From: a virus
Reading direction: 5' to 3' (one strand)
DNA length: 64,000 nt
Virus record (IMG/VR): IMGVR_UViG_3300036766_002288
Span: 64,001 to 128,000 of that record
Each line of letters opens with the position of its first letter. The stretch's first letter is position 1. Made by a program: the position numbers and the translations under genes. Shown here piece by piece: positions 25,555 to 34,988 of this stretch. The notes below the pieces were generated by a model, which searched no databases, was not told where the DNA came from, and saw nothing but the letters and a program-made list of their open reading frames with translations.

Positions 25555-26491
25555 ATGAATAAGAAAAACAAAAAACCAGAAGTAAATCTTGCAAATCAAG
25601 TCCCCCAATCCTGTCTTTGACAATTCTAATGAAATCATCCTAGAAATTCAGTTTGGAACAGGTGGGGAAGATAGCAAACTTTTCACCTATGACCTGTTCT
25701 CAGCATACGTAAAATACGCAGAACGAAACGGACTAAATGTAGAAATTTTAAATGACGAAAATGGCCACATCGTTGCCCAAGTTAAAGGAACCAACGCTGG
25801 TCAATATTTCAGAAATGAAACAGGTAAACATATAGTCCAACGAGTCCCACCAACAGAGTCTAAAGGACGAAGACAAACCTCCGTCATCTCTGTTGCTGTA
25901 CTACCACTACCACCTGAGAATAAATATAAACCATTACCAGATAACGAGTTAGATATAATTGCTCAATGTGGTAGTGGCCCAGGTGGGCAGCATCAGAATA
26001 AGTCGGCAACGACAATAAGGATGAAGCATTTACCAACAGGGTTATCTGTTCATATAGTAGGAAGGTCGCAATTAGCGAATAAAAAGGAAGCTTTAAAGAT
26101 ATTGACTACGAAGGTCAATGAGAAGTTCATAACTGATGAAACCGAGAAGCATAATTATCTGAGAAGAAAAACCTTGGGGGATGGTGCTAGGGGTGATAAG
26201 ATAAGGACATACAACTTTATTGATTCCAGGGCTACTGACCATAGGTTCAATATAAAAACTGGCAACATTAAAGGGGTAATGCGTGGTGATTTTACCTTGC
26301 TTTACCCTAAAGAAGAAGTTAGAATAGAGCCTAAATTCATGCACATTGCTGATGCCAGATGTTTAGAACTCAGTAAGGGTGATGCGATGACCGAGAACGA
26401 AGAAAAGCATACTGACGTATGTGATTGGTGTTTGGAGTATGTTTTGGATGGCAAAAAACCATCTCATTCTGCGCCTTCAAAAATAAATTAA
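25555..26491 (+). CDS. prfA: Class I peptide chain release factor, RF1-type (PxT), lacking domain 1; probably expressed via +1 frameshift at 25615-25621
   Basis: ILEIQFGTGG, ETGKHIVQRVPPTESKGR, GPGGQHQN (GGQ), KIRTYNF; SD-led 21-codon 0-frame segment ends CTT TGA C. Confidence 0.85.
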
Positions 26492-26509
26492 TATCCCTAA
26501 ATATCTGGT

Positions 26510-26839
26510 ATGATAAATTACTGGATAGAACGAGCAGAAGAAATCATTGAAAAGGAAGTGGTCCTAGTAAAAAACTCAGGAGAGACGAGAATGTGGTTTG
26601 ATAAAATGTTCTCGTCTCTCCCGATTATTTACCCTAACAAAAAGCCATCACGACCAGATGAATTTACGCCTCGAATAGGCTCTGCCAAACATTTAAAACT
26701 GACTCGTTTTGGCATAGAAGCAGTTTTAAAAACACATAGAAAATATCAAAGACTTAATTTCTATGTCCTTCATGATAAGATTAATCAGCCACATGAACCA
26801 TTTTGGGTAATTTTTTACAATGGACAAACTCATATTTGA
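26510..26839 (+). CDS. Hypothetical protein
   Basis: TAAATA 6 nt upstream. Confidence 0.55.
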   Translation: MINYWIERAEEIIEKEVVLVKNSGETRMWFDKMFSSLPIIYPNKKPSRPDEFTPRIGSAKHLKLTRFGIEAVLKTHRKYQRLNFYVLHDKINQPHEPFWVIFYNGQTHI

Positions 26840-27350
26840 GTGGTTACAAAGCCACCACACAAGTTTTCTCAATCAAAACATGCTGAACATTACCGCTATG
26901 GGCAGTACCACAATTTTGGTACTACTACTTCTAGCGGGGTTATCATATACTGGATTTATCTTAAAAGATTGGAAACAGGCCCTTTATGGCGGCATTTGCG
27001 TATTGCTTAGTCTTGGCACAGTGGAAATTGGCAAATATGCGATTCAAAGAGAACGACCTATCGCTCATGATAAAGTGATTAGTACGCCCAATTCTCCTAG
27101 TATGCCTAGTGGTCACTCTGCTATGTCTATGTCCGTCTTAGGTATTTTGGCCTTAATGGTGCAGAAGTCAAGATTTTGGGTTATTGTTAGTATATTGGCG
27201 TCTTTGTTGATCGGGTTTAGCAGAATATATTTAGGGGTTCATTGGTTTACGGATGTATTAGTAGGTTGGTTTATTGGCGCAGTTTATTTCTATATATTTT
27301 ACAGTTTGGCCATAAATAATAGGTATGCTAGAGTTCAAGCAATGGATTGA
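26820..27350 (+). CDS. PAP2-family membrane phosphatase
   Basis: K...RERP, SMPSGHS, SRIYLGVHWFTDV. Confidence 0.9.
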   Translation: MDKLIFEWLQSHHTSFLNQNMLNITAMGSTTILVLLLLAGLSYTGFILKDWKQALYGGICVLLSLGTVEIGKYAIQRERPIAHDKVISTPNSPSMPSGHSAMSMSVLGILALMVQKSRFWVIVSILASLLIGFSRIYLGVHWFTDVLVGWFIGAVYFYIFYSLAINNRYARVQAMD

Positions 27351-27681
27351 AGCGAATCAAACGCCTATTTGGAAGGCCAAAAAGAAAGAAATAATACCTT
27401 TCTGGAAGGCTTTGCCCAATAATCTGCCATTGATTCCTTATAATGTGGTGCCAAAGGGACACCAAGGTTCCACCCATGCTTACGATGGCATAAGAATCAC
27501 AGGAAGTCGCCAATTTGTAAATTCCGCAATATCAAAACTCAAAGATATGCTAAATTATGAAGGGGATAGGACAAAATTGTACTTGCTTTATCGCCAACAA
27601 GTTGATAAAAATAGTCAGAGTCCTTTACCTAACTCGTTCGTTTTCTATGTCCAGGTTAAAGAGAGAGCAAAGAAACAGTGA
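27325..27681 (+). CDS. Hypothetical protein with capsid-targeting-like N-terminus
   Basis: MLEFKQWIEAN. Confidence 0.6.
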   Translation: MLEFKQWIEANQTPIWKAKKKEIIPFWKALPNNLPLIPYNVVPKGHQGSTHAYDGIRITGSRQFVNSAISKLKDMLNYEGDRTKLYLLYRQQVDKNSQSPLPNSFVFYVQVKERAKKQ

Positions 27682-28117
27682 CTTACGAAAAATTGACAAA
27701 ACTTGAGAGACAGTACAAAGATTGGCTTGCTAAAAAACCATTTTTTGTAAATACCAAAGTTGAAATGTCAGAAGGCAAGAATTGGGCCATCTGGATCAAT
27801 TATAAAAAAGGTATGACCATCGCCACTAAGAAAGAAATAGCTACAGAACTAGGTGATATCCCTTTGAAATTTAACGAAATCAAGGAGTAAGTCATGCAAC
27901 TCGATGCTAAGCTTTCGTCTTATGACATGGACAATCTCATTACAGCAATCACAGCAGACCTGACCAATGGGATTATAACTGCAACCAAAGATAAATGTGC
28001 TATTAAGTACGGCGGTAGTGAAAAACTACCATCGTCCCTACAAACGGCTGTAGAAAGATTGTTGAATGCTGCCTTCAAAGAAGGCTGCAAATGTGGTAAA
28101 GGCGGTTTCTCGCCCTA

Positions 28118-28145
28118 TTGACATTCCCGAAAATCGTAGTAAGAT
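28118..28145 (+). promoter_or_regulatory. Sigma70-type promoter
   Basis: TTGACA-N16-TAAGAT, same hexamers as the 2478 promoter. Confidence 0.65.
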
Positions 28146-28184
28146 ACCAACAGTGATACTTTCCTTTTTTCTAGGAGAATTCCG

Positions 28185-28406
28185 ATGAATCCCAATTTCT
28201 ATTCGCATCTGTTGAACATGTTTGTTTATGGTTTGAGTGGTATTGCCTTGATGTTTCTAGGGTTTAAGCTACTTGATTGGTGTACTCCCTGGATGCACTT
28301 TAAGACAGAAATTGTTGAAAAGCAAAATATCGCAGTAGGCATTGTAGTCGCTGCACTTATTTTAGGCGTCTCTGCAATTGTTTCGTCAATTCTTTTAGCC
28401 CCTTGA
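28185..28406 (+). CDS. DUF350-family membrane protein
   Basis: Two TM helices, D..TP......EI..K.NIAVGIV.A. Confidence 0.8.
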   Translation: MNPNFYSHLLNMFVYGLSGIALMFLGFKLLDWCTPWMHFKTEIVEKQNIAVGIVVAALILGVSAIVSSILLAP

Positions 28407-28430
28407 GTTTAACCAAACAGGGGGATTAAA

Positions 28431-28763
28431 ATGAAAACAACTAAATCTATTGCACTAGTTCTAATTTCCTCTGCATTAGTGTTTGGGGGCTGGGGCACTC
28501 CACTTTGTTTTACAAATCGTAGTTCCCCTAGTGGCCAAGTTACTAGCAGTGGTGGAACCTATTACAGCGGCGGCGGTTCAAGCTGGCCTAGCTTCTTCTA
28601 CTTTGGTGGCTGGGGTAGCACCCATAATTATTATGGGGGCAGTAGTTCCCCAAGTAGTTATACACATACTGAAAGCCATAGCAGTAGCTCTGGTGGTGTA
28701 GTTAGCCGTGGCGGATTTGGCGGAACTGGAAGTGGAACAGGTATTGGGGGAGGTGGTGGTTAA
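28431..28763 (+). CDS. DUF1190/YgiB-like secreted Gly/Ser-rich protein
   Basis: Signal peptide, low-complexity core, C-terminal VSRGGFG. Confidence 0.7.
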   Translation: MKTTKSIALVLISSALVFGGWGTPLCFTNRSSPSGQVTSSGGTYYSGGGSSWPSFFYFGGWGSTHNYYGGSSSPSSYTHTESHSSSSGGVVSRGGFGGTGSGTGIGGGGG

Positions 28764-29170
28764 TGTTTAGTATTATACATTGTGACCAGTGTAGCAAGTC
28801 TGGCATGTTTGATATCGCAGTAAAATTCATACTGGAGATTCATTCATGTGAAAAGTGTAGCAATCATAAATCAGAAGAGTGGCAGTACTATTTCTGTAAT
28901 ACTGATTGCTTGATGCGATGGCTTAGAGAAAAAGAGATCGAAAAAGAAGGATTTCCCTGCAAAGATTGTCGTAATCGTGAAGGGGCTTCAACGGGGTGGC
29001 AGTGGGGGTTTGAGGTTAATGGTACTTGCAAGACATGTGACGGTAAAAAGAGAGTGAAAGGTCATAGAAAACAACAATGGGAACATAATCAAGAAGCAGC
29101 GGCCCGAGAAGCGCTCAATTCACTTATTGGCGGCAAAGTGGCGGACAATAGAAATGATGTGGAGATTTAA
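28763..29170 (+). CDS. Multi-Cys Zn-finger hypothetical protein
   Basis: Four CxxC-type pairs. Confidence 0.55.
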   Translation: MFSIIHCDQCSKSGMFDIAVKFILEIHSCEKCSNHKSEEWQYYFCNTDCLMRWLREKEIEKEGFPCKDCRNREGASTGWQWGFEVNGTCKTCDGKKRVKGHRKQQWEHNQEAAAREALNSLIGGKVADNRNDVEI

Positions 29171-30349
29171 ATGGACAGAATTAAGACTACTCCCCGTAAA
29201 GATTGGCAAAAAACCGTAGAGTCACAGGGACTTTACTACCACACCATTCCGAATCATCAACCTACCTTTAACCCTGCAAATCCAGAAAACACTAACCCTC
29301 AAGAAAAAGACCGTGTTTATTGGGATGAAAGTGCATATTATCAATTCTCTTCCAGAGAAGTCGATGAAATTGAAGAATGCACTTATTGGTTAAACAAAAT
29401 CTGTCTTGAAGCAGTCGATCACATCATAGAAAACAATCTTTTCGACAAAGTTGGTGTGCCCCCTGCATTCGTAGAATGGATTAAGCAAAGTTGGGAAAAC
29501 GACGAACATACCATCTATGGCAGATTCGATCTTTGGTATAACGGCAACGAACCGCCTAAGCTCTTGGAATACAATGCTGATACTCCTACAGGGCTACTTG
29601 AAGCATCAGTCGTGCAATGGCATTGGATGAAGGATACACAAGAGTTTTTCGATCAATATAACAGCATCCATGAAAAATTGATTGAAATCTTCAAGACTCT
29701 GAAGAATGAATGGGAGGGTAGGTTCTACTTTGCCGCCATTGCTCAGAATCTTGAAGATTATATGACAGTGACCTATCTCCGTGATGTAGCAATACAAGCA
29801 GGTTGGGACACTGAATATATCAACATGGAGGACTTAGGTTGGGATAAAACTCGGGAAAGATTCGTTGATGCTAAAGAACGAATGATCTTTAATTGTTTCA
29901 AGTTATATCCTTGGGAATGGATGTTAAAAGAAGAATTCGGTCAGCATTTATTGAAGAACCGTTGTCGTTGGATGGAAGCCCCTTGGAAGACTCTCTTAAG
30001 CAACAAGGGTATTTTGCCAATTCTATCAGACCTTTATCCTAAGAGTGAATACTTGTTGAAAGCTTCGTTTGAACCGCTAAACTGCAAGTATGTCAAGAAG
30101 CCAATTCATGGGAGAGAAGGTGCTAATTTAGAAGTTATTGAAAAGGATAAGACGCTCATCAAGACAGAAGGGCCTTATACTGGACCTGTTGTCTATCAAG
30201 AATATAAACAATTGCCTAATTTTGATGGCAATTATCCAGTAATTGGTAGTTGGATGGTCAATGGCTATGCGTGTGGTATAGGGATTAGGGAAGATGTTAA
30301 TCCAATAACTCAAAACACTAGTAGATTTGTCCCACATGTTTTCTCGTAA
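29171..30349 (+). CDS. ygiC: Glutathionylspermidine synthase-like ATP-grasp ligase (YgiC/YjfC)
   Basis: YW.E.A.Y.F, GRFDLWY...PKLLEYNADTPTGLLEA, FKLYPWEW, SNK.ILP, VKKP..GREG, GIREDV..IT.N.SRF.PH. Confidence 0.92.
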   Translation: MDRIKTTPRKDWQKTVESQGLYYHTIPNHQPTFNPANPENTNPQEKDRVYWDESAYYQFSSREVDEIEECTYWLNKICLEAVDHIIENNLFDKVGVPPAFVEWIKQSWENDEHTIYGRFDLWYNGNEPPKLLEYNADTPTGLLEASVVQWHWMKDTQEFFDQYNSIHEKLIEIFKTLKNEWEGRFYFAAIAQNLEDYMTVTYLRDVAIQAGWDTEYINMEDLGWDKTRERFVDAKERMIFNCFKLYPWEWMLKEEFGQHLLKNRCRWMEAPWKTLLSNKGILPILSDLYPKSEYLLKASFEPLNCKYVKKPIHGREGANLEVIEKDKTLIKTEGPYTGPVVYQEYKQLPNFDGNYPVIGSWMVNGYACGIGIREDVNPITQNTSRFVPHVFS

Positions 30350-30677
30350 AATAATAGCCATTCTCTATTTGGTAAGTGGTACTAAGTTCTATTTCGAATG
30401 GTTATTGATTACCAATCCAGTTTCCAAAAATCCAGCAATTAAGCTTTTTTGGGGTTGGGCAAAAGAATCCTATACGGCAAAAGACCCAAGTACCAGGCTT
30501 AGATTGGCTTGGGGCTTGGGTCTAGTTCATATGTGGCTAGGAGTAGGCTTTGCTGCAATAGATGGTGGTATTGAACTAACTAACTTACTTGTAAACTTTT
30601 ACCCTATTTTTGTGCAGATTTACATTGGCTATCGCTGCTGGAGTGTTATAATAAGAAAGAAAAAGCGAGTGACGTAA
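30327..30677 (-). other. No reverse-strand gene supported here (the plus-strand ORF at these coordinates is a membrane protein)
   Basis: Plus-strand 116-aa ORF has 3 hydrophobic segments and lies in operon order. Confidence 0.3.
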
Positions 30678-30697
30678 AAAAACATCACTCGCTTTTT
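30661..30697. terminator. Bidirectional-type intrinsic terminator
   Basis: AAAAGCGAGTGA...TCACTCGCTTTTT. Confidence 0.75.
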
Positions 30698-30748
30698 ATA
30701 GGAGGTTAACACTTACTTTCTAACATAGTAAAGGTTTAAAATTAAATT

Positions 30749-31432
30749 ATGATGACTTGCAAATTTACCAAAGATGGCTTTATGTCTGTAAAATGGAACC
30801 CAGCCAAAAAGAGGGAAGATGTATTCAAACCTAAGCATCCAGTAAGTCATATTAACAATATCTGTGAAATTGAAGAAGGTGTAACCCTACGTGACATAAT
30901 GAATTTAGTTGCTAATGATAAAATGCTAACTACATTCGTGTCGCTTTACTCCAGTGTAAACCACATAGAAGAGTTCCATGAAGAATTGAATGTTAAATAT
31001 AACAAAAAAGAAAAAGAATGTGATTACCTTGAAGTCCACAGAGTAGGTGATTTATTTGAAAATGAATTAAATTGTTGGACTGATATCTCTGGGGTAAATA
31101 CCAAAGAAACATGCAAGTATTGTAATGATGAAGCATGGCCAGATCACAAACATTATATATCCTATTCTTATACTCCGCTTTACAAATATGCAATGTTACC
31201 TGTTAAGTTAGACAAAAGATTCACTGTCAGGGATTTCAAAAAGGATAAAATCCTTTTAAACGTAACTCAAGATTTCGCTTTGATTGATATATTACATGCA
31301 ATTTATTTCGATATTTCATTTCATGGTGGACCTAAAGACAGGGATAAGTTCTGCAAGAGCTTGAAAAGACAAGTTAAGAATTTAGACAAAACTAAGACTT
31401 TCCCCCTCGACGACCTATTTAAAAAGGAGTGA
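30749..31432 (+). CDS. Hypothetical protein
   Basis: 227-aa ORF; LIDILHAIYFDISFHG.P motif. Confidence 0.65.
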   Translation: MMTCKFTKDGFMSVKWNPAKKREDVFKPKHPVSHINNICEIEEGVTLRDIMNLVANDKMLTTFVSLYSSVNHIEEFHEELNVKYNKKEKECDYLEVHRVGDLFENELNCWTDISGVNTKETCKYCNDEAWPDHKHYISYSYTPLYKYAMLPVKLDKRFTVRDFKKDKILLNVTQDFALIDILHAIYFDISFHGGPKDRDKFCKSLKRQVKNLDKTKTFPLDDLFKKE

Positions 31433-32166
31433 ATATGTGTATTTTTAGCGGACACGTAGATTATGTTGGTGATACAAAAATATTTGCAAGAATACAAGAT
31501 GGTATACAACATTTAGTATACCAAATGAGTATGGGAGCGTCTAAAGATGTTGCAATGATTCTCCCATTGCCTGTGTCTTCTCACAAGGAGGACGCTGTTA
31601 AATTTATCAGCCTAGAAGCCTATCCTGAATTTTTCAAAGACGTTGCCAAAAGTTTTGTAAGAGCAACTAAAAGTATTAGCAGAGGTATTGGCTGCGCAAG
31701 TCTGAGGACATTACAAGTGCATGAAGTCGGAGATTTTATTGCATCGTTTGTGCCACATAGAATGAGTTTTCATAGGTTAAATGAAGTTTTTAGATTGCCA
31801 GATAACGCTTGGAGTAATTTACCAGATTATAATGACTATGGATATGCTGTATTCCAATTAAAACCTGACCCAGCCAATGCAAAGCAAGAAGTCCATCCTA
31901 TGGCTTTTAGTTTTCCAAGTCGTTTTGAATCCAAACTGTTCTTCCCCACAGTCCATTTGCATGGTGAAAAATTTCATGAAAAAGAACATTTTGACCACAA
32001 TCTTTATTGGCAGGGTGAATTCAATGTAGGAATAGGACACAAAAGCACAGCAAAAATGGGCATGTTCGTTAATTTAGACAAATCTCAAGGTATTGTATTG
32101 GATGAAATCGGACATGAACTTAGTATGGTTGGCATCTATGAAAATAAAGATACTATAATTGGCTAA
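31429..32166 (+). CDS. Conserved hypothetical protein (AMILPLP / HPMAFSF / LFFPTVH family)
   Basis: Motifs recalled from a bacterial/giant-virus hypothetical family. Confidence 0.6.
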   Translation: MNMCIFSGHVDYVGDTKIFARIQDGIQHLVYQMSMGASKDVAMILPLPVSSHKEDAVKFISLEAYPEFFKDVAKSFVRATKSISRGIGCASLRTLQVHEVGDFIASFVPHRMSFHRLNEVFRLPDNAWSNLPDYNDYGYAVFQLKPDPANAKQEVHPMAFSFPSRFESKLFFPTVHLHGEKFHEKEHFDHNLYWQGEFNVGIGHKSTAKMGMFVNLDKSQGIVLDEIGHELSMVGIYENKDTIIG

Positions 32167-32702
32167 ACTAAAGAAGGTGCGGCCAAAGGAATGATAGTCG
32201 CTGGCCAAACTTTGTTTTGGTCATGCTGCACGCCTAATAAGATTGAAATAAGTGGCACGTTGTCATGTGCAGCGATCATCCTGCTCTTATTTTGAATCAA
32301 AGTGTTGCTGTAGACTGGTCCTACCGCTTTTGAGTGAGCAATAGTGATATGTGGTGTGCCGTTTGTAATAGGCAACGCAGGGCTTGAAGAGACAGTGACA
32401 GCGGCACAATTGTCGTCAGAAAAGAATGATAAAGTATATAATTCCACTTTTTGGCCAAAAAACTGATGTAGTGTCTGAATATCAGCGGCTTGAGGTTTGA
32501 ATTTGACGGTCATGTGATGGGCACGAAATGTCCATCCCATAGGGATATTCCTGCCATTTTGTTCCATGAATAGCTTTCTAGCCAAACCTATCAGGTGATT
32601 CTGGCTTATCTTTTCCAAAACACAACCAATGTAAGCAAACTGTCTTGCGTCAGGCAGTGCCATTTGTTGCTCCATTTCATTGAACCAAAGTGAGAACTCC
32701 AT
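32163..32702 (-). CDS. 2H phosphoesterase (tRNA-ligase CPDase-like)
   Basis: Two HxT motifs: AHHMTVKF and PHITIA...P..SN; start MEFSLWFNE with TATATA 5 nt upstream. Confidence 0.75.
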   Translation of the reverse strand: MEFSLWFNEMEQQMALPDARQFAYIGCVLEKISQNHLIGLARKLFMEQNGRNIPMGWTFRAHHMTVKFKPQAADIQTLHQFFGQKVELYTLSFFSDDNCAAVTVSSSPALPITNGTPHITIAHSKAVGPVYSNTLIQNKSRMIAAHDNVPLISILLGVQHDQNKVWPATIIPLAAPSLV

Positions 32703-32965
32703 TGCAATATATAGTAATGTCTTTATAATGTTTGTAAAGGAGAATTTTCCATGAATCCCTCTCTCAACAATATTAGGGTACGGCATAGTATGCTATTATC
32801 ATTGTATGTTTCTATGAAAAACTACCTTGAATGTCTTGAACATGGCTATATGGGGGAAATAAGCCCTTACGAAAAAACATTGGCAGATGAAATGAAAGAT
32901 ACTCTATTAAAAATGGAAAGCACTTGCTTAGATTATTTTAAAGAAGAAGGGAGAATTATAGGAGA

Positions 32966-33466
32966 ATGATTAATTTATTACCATTTTTTGCAGGAATATC
33001 TTCGTTATTGATGTTTCCTTTGGATTTTGAACTTAAAACAGAACTTAAAAATGACCAATGTTCAATAGAGACTGTCTGTAAAGTCACAAAAGCTGGAGAC
33101 ACTTACACTTATCTTTACAGTATTAGAAATACTGGTAATACCACAGTAAAGGTTAAATGGGATGCACTAGATAAAGCCTTGAATATGGGAAGAGATATTG
33201 ATATGATGTGGGAAGTGGAACCTGGGGAGAATTTGAATTTCATACTTGAGCATCCAGACCCACCTCAAGAAGTAGGTGGTAGAGTTCAATCCCATTCATT
33301 ACTTAGTAAGAAAGATTTAGACAAAATGGTAAAGGGAATGCAGGCACTCCCAAACGGAATCAAAGTTGATATTCCAGTCTCTAAGCTCTATCAGATAGAC
33401 ACACGTTACGCTAGTGGTATTTTACCAAAAGCGTTCTTAACCCCAGCATTTATGCCACGCAGATAA
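32966..33466 (+). CDS. Secreted hypothetical protein
   Basis: Hydrophobic N-terminus, YTYLYSIRN. Confidence 0.55.
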   Translation: MINLLPFFAGISSLLMFPLDFELKTELKNDQCSIETVCKVTKAGDTYTYLYSIRNTGNTTVKVKWDALDKALNMGRDIDMMWEVEPGENLNFILEHPDPPQEVGGRVQSHSLLSKKDLDKMVKGMQALPNGIKVDIPVSKLYQIDTRYASGILPKAFLTPAFMPRR

Positions 33467-33481
33467 AAAAGGAAAAAAATT

Positions 33482-33784
33482 ATGCCTTACGTTAGATTAG
33501 CTGCAAGAAATCGTCTCGATAATGGCCTACACGCCATGTTACAATACATGCCCGCTGACGCAAGCGAACTAAATTATGTCTTAACCAGGATTTGTGATAC
33601 ATTCATAAATACCAAAGGTAAGAATTATCAAAATCTCAATGAGGTTATTGGCGCGATTGAATGTATGAAGCAAGAACTTTACAGGCGTGTAATTGCTCCC
33701 TACGAAAATACAAAGATCGACGAAAATGGCGATGTATACGGCATGGTAACATCTAAGCCCAAACCACCAGAAATTCCGAGGTAA
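33482..33784 (+). CDS. Conserved phage protein (LNY..T...Y..LNEVIGAIEC.KQELYRR..APYE..K...NGDVY)
   Basis: Recognisable small phage family motif. Confidence 0.75.
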   Translation: MPYVRLAARNRLDNGLHAMLQYMPADASELNYVLTRICDTFINTKGKNYQNLNEVIGAIECMKQELYRRVIAPYENTKIDENGDVYGMVTSKPKPPEIPR

Positions 33785-33787
33785 ATT

Positions 33788-34390
33788 ATGAACAGAAGAT
33801 TTTTCGTGAAGGCCATATTTGGCATTTTAAGTCTACTAGGTTTTGGTAAAACCTTAGAGGCTAAAGAAAGTTCTATATACAAATATAACAAGATTATTCG
33901 CAAGTGCGATGAGGCTACGTTAGATGAGTTTAGAAATTTCGCATGTATTAAAGAAGATGGCACGTCTATTCCTGTGCCTATTATATGGGCATCTGATAGA
34001 CAGGTTAATGACAATCTATTACTTGTATGTCCAATTGGACATACAAGTAACCCACAATTTGAAAAAATAGAAACAGATAAGCATATGGAGGCTTTGAGAG
34101 ACAGGACTGTTAAAGTAGAAGTGCCACCTCTTTGTCCACCATTAATGAATCTTTTCTCTAGTGATATCATACCTGCGGATAAAATTGGAATTATATATAA
34201 CTTAACTATCAGAACCTTCTACAAGGAAGACATGAATCAAATTCTCGAAAGAATTATAATTAAATTCCATCCTACTTTCACTAATTCTGTGGGAACATAC
34301 ACTTTACTTGAAATGTGTAATAACGAAAATGATGAAGGTGCGGTAAAGCCAATTATATACGCTATAAGATTTAGGGTAGATTTGAAATGA
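33788..34390 (+). CDS. Mosaic ORF: RR-type leader + gp15-like tail-completion segments + PrkA-like fragment
   Basis: MNRRFFVK; CDEA..EDG..PVPIIW; IGHTS.P.F.K....MEALRDRTVKVEVP; Y.L.I.T...EDMNQILE.I..KF.P. Confidence 0.5.
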   Translation: MNRRFFVKAIFGILSLLGFGKTLEAKESSIYKYNKIIRKCDEATLDEFRNFACIKEDGTSIPVPIIWASDRQVNDNLLLVCPIGHTSNPQFEKIETDKHMEALRDRTVKVEVPPLCPPLMNLFSSDIIPADKIGIIYNLTIRTFYKEDMNQILERIIIKFHPTFTNSVGTYTLLEMCNNENDEGAVKPIIYAIRFRVDLK

Positions 34391-34988
34391 TAAATGATGA
34401 AGAAATTTTGCGTAAGCTATTAGCCCTTGGTGAGCGGTTTACGACAGAGCAGTTGGATGAAGTGTTTTTAGAAATCTGGGATAATACCTTCGATGCTAGG
34501 CTACATTGTTCTTCATTAAGAAAACGTGGCTACATTGATTATTTGTCTGATGATGAGTGGAGATTGGAGATTACTGAATTTGAAATTAATGAAAAGTTTG
34601 GCAGCAACGGTAAACAGGATAATTGAAGAATTGAGTTTCTTTTTCTTGAGAGTGCATAATTACGCACTTCCAAAAATGTGTATGGGTATGCAAGTAATTA
34701 AGTGGCCACAATCCTTTATAAGTAAAACAAACAATACGTTTAAAACATTTATATCAACCCTTCAATGTACTGGTCAAGAACGCCGCGACAATCAAATTGA
34801 AATATCAAAATACGACCCATTCATAGTAAGAGATTTTGAAAAAGTTTATGCCGTTTATGGTGGTGCAGTTTTAGAAGAATGTAACTATTTAGAATTCATG
34901 AGTGAAGAGATTCTAAAAAAAAGTGGTTGGATACATCCGACTTTAGCAACCAAGATAAGAAGATTAACAGCAACCGAAAGGAAATCAT

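Noticed and set aside
25555-26491. Stop-codon recoding suggested by a phage release factor
   Set aside because: Standard-code ORFs tile the window densely, recognisable enzymes are full length, TAA/TAG/TGA all terminate genes, and no suppressor tRNA was found.
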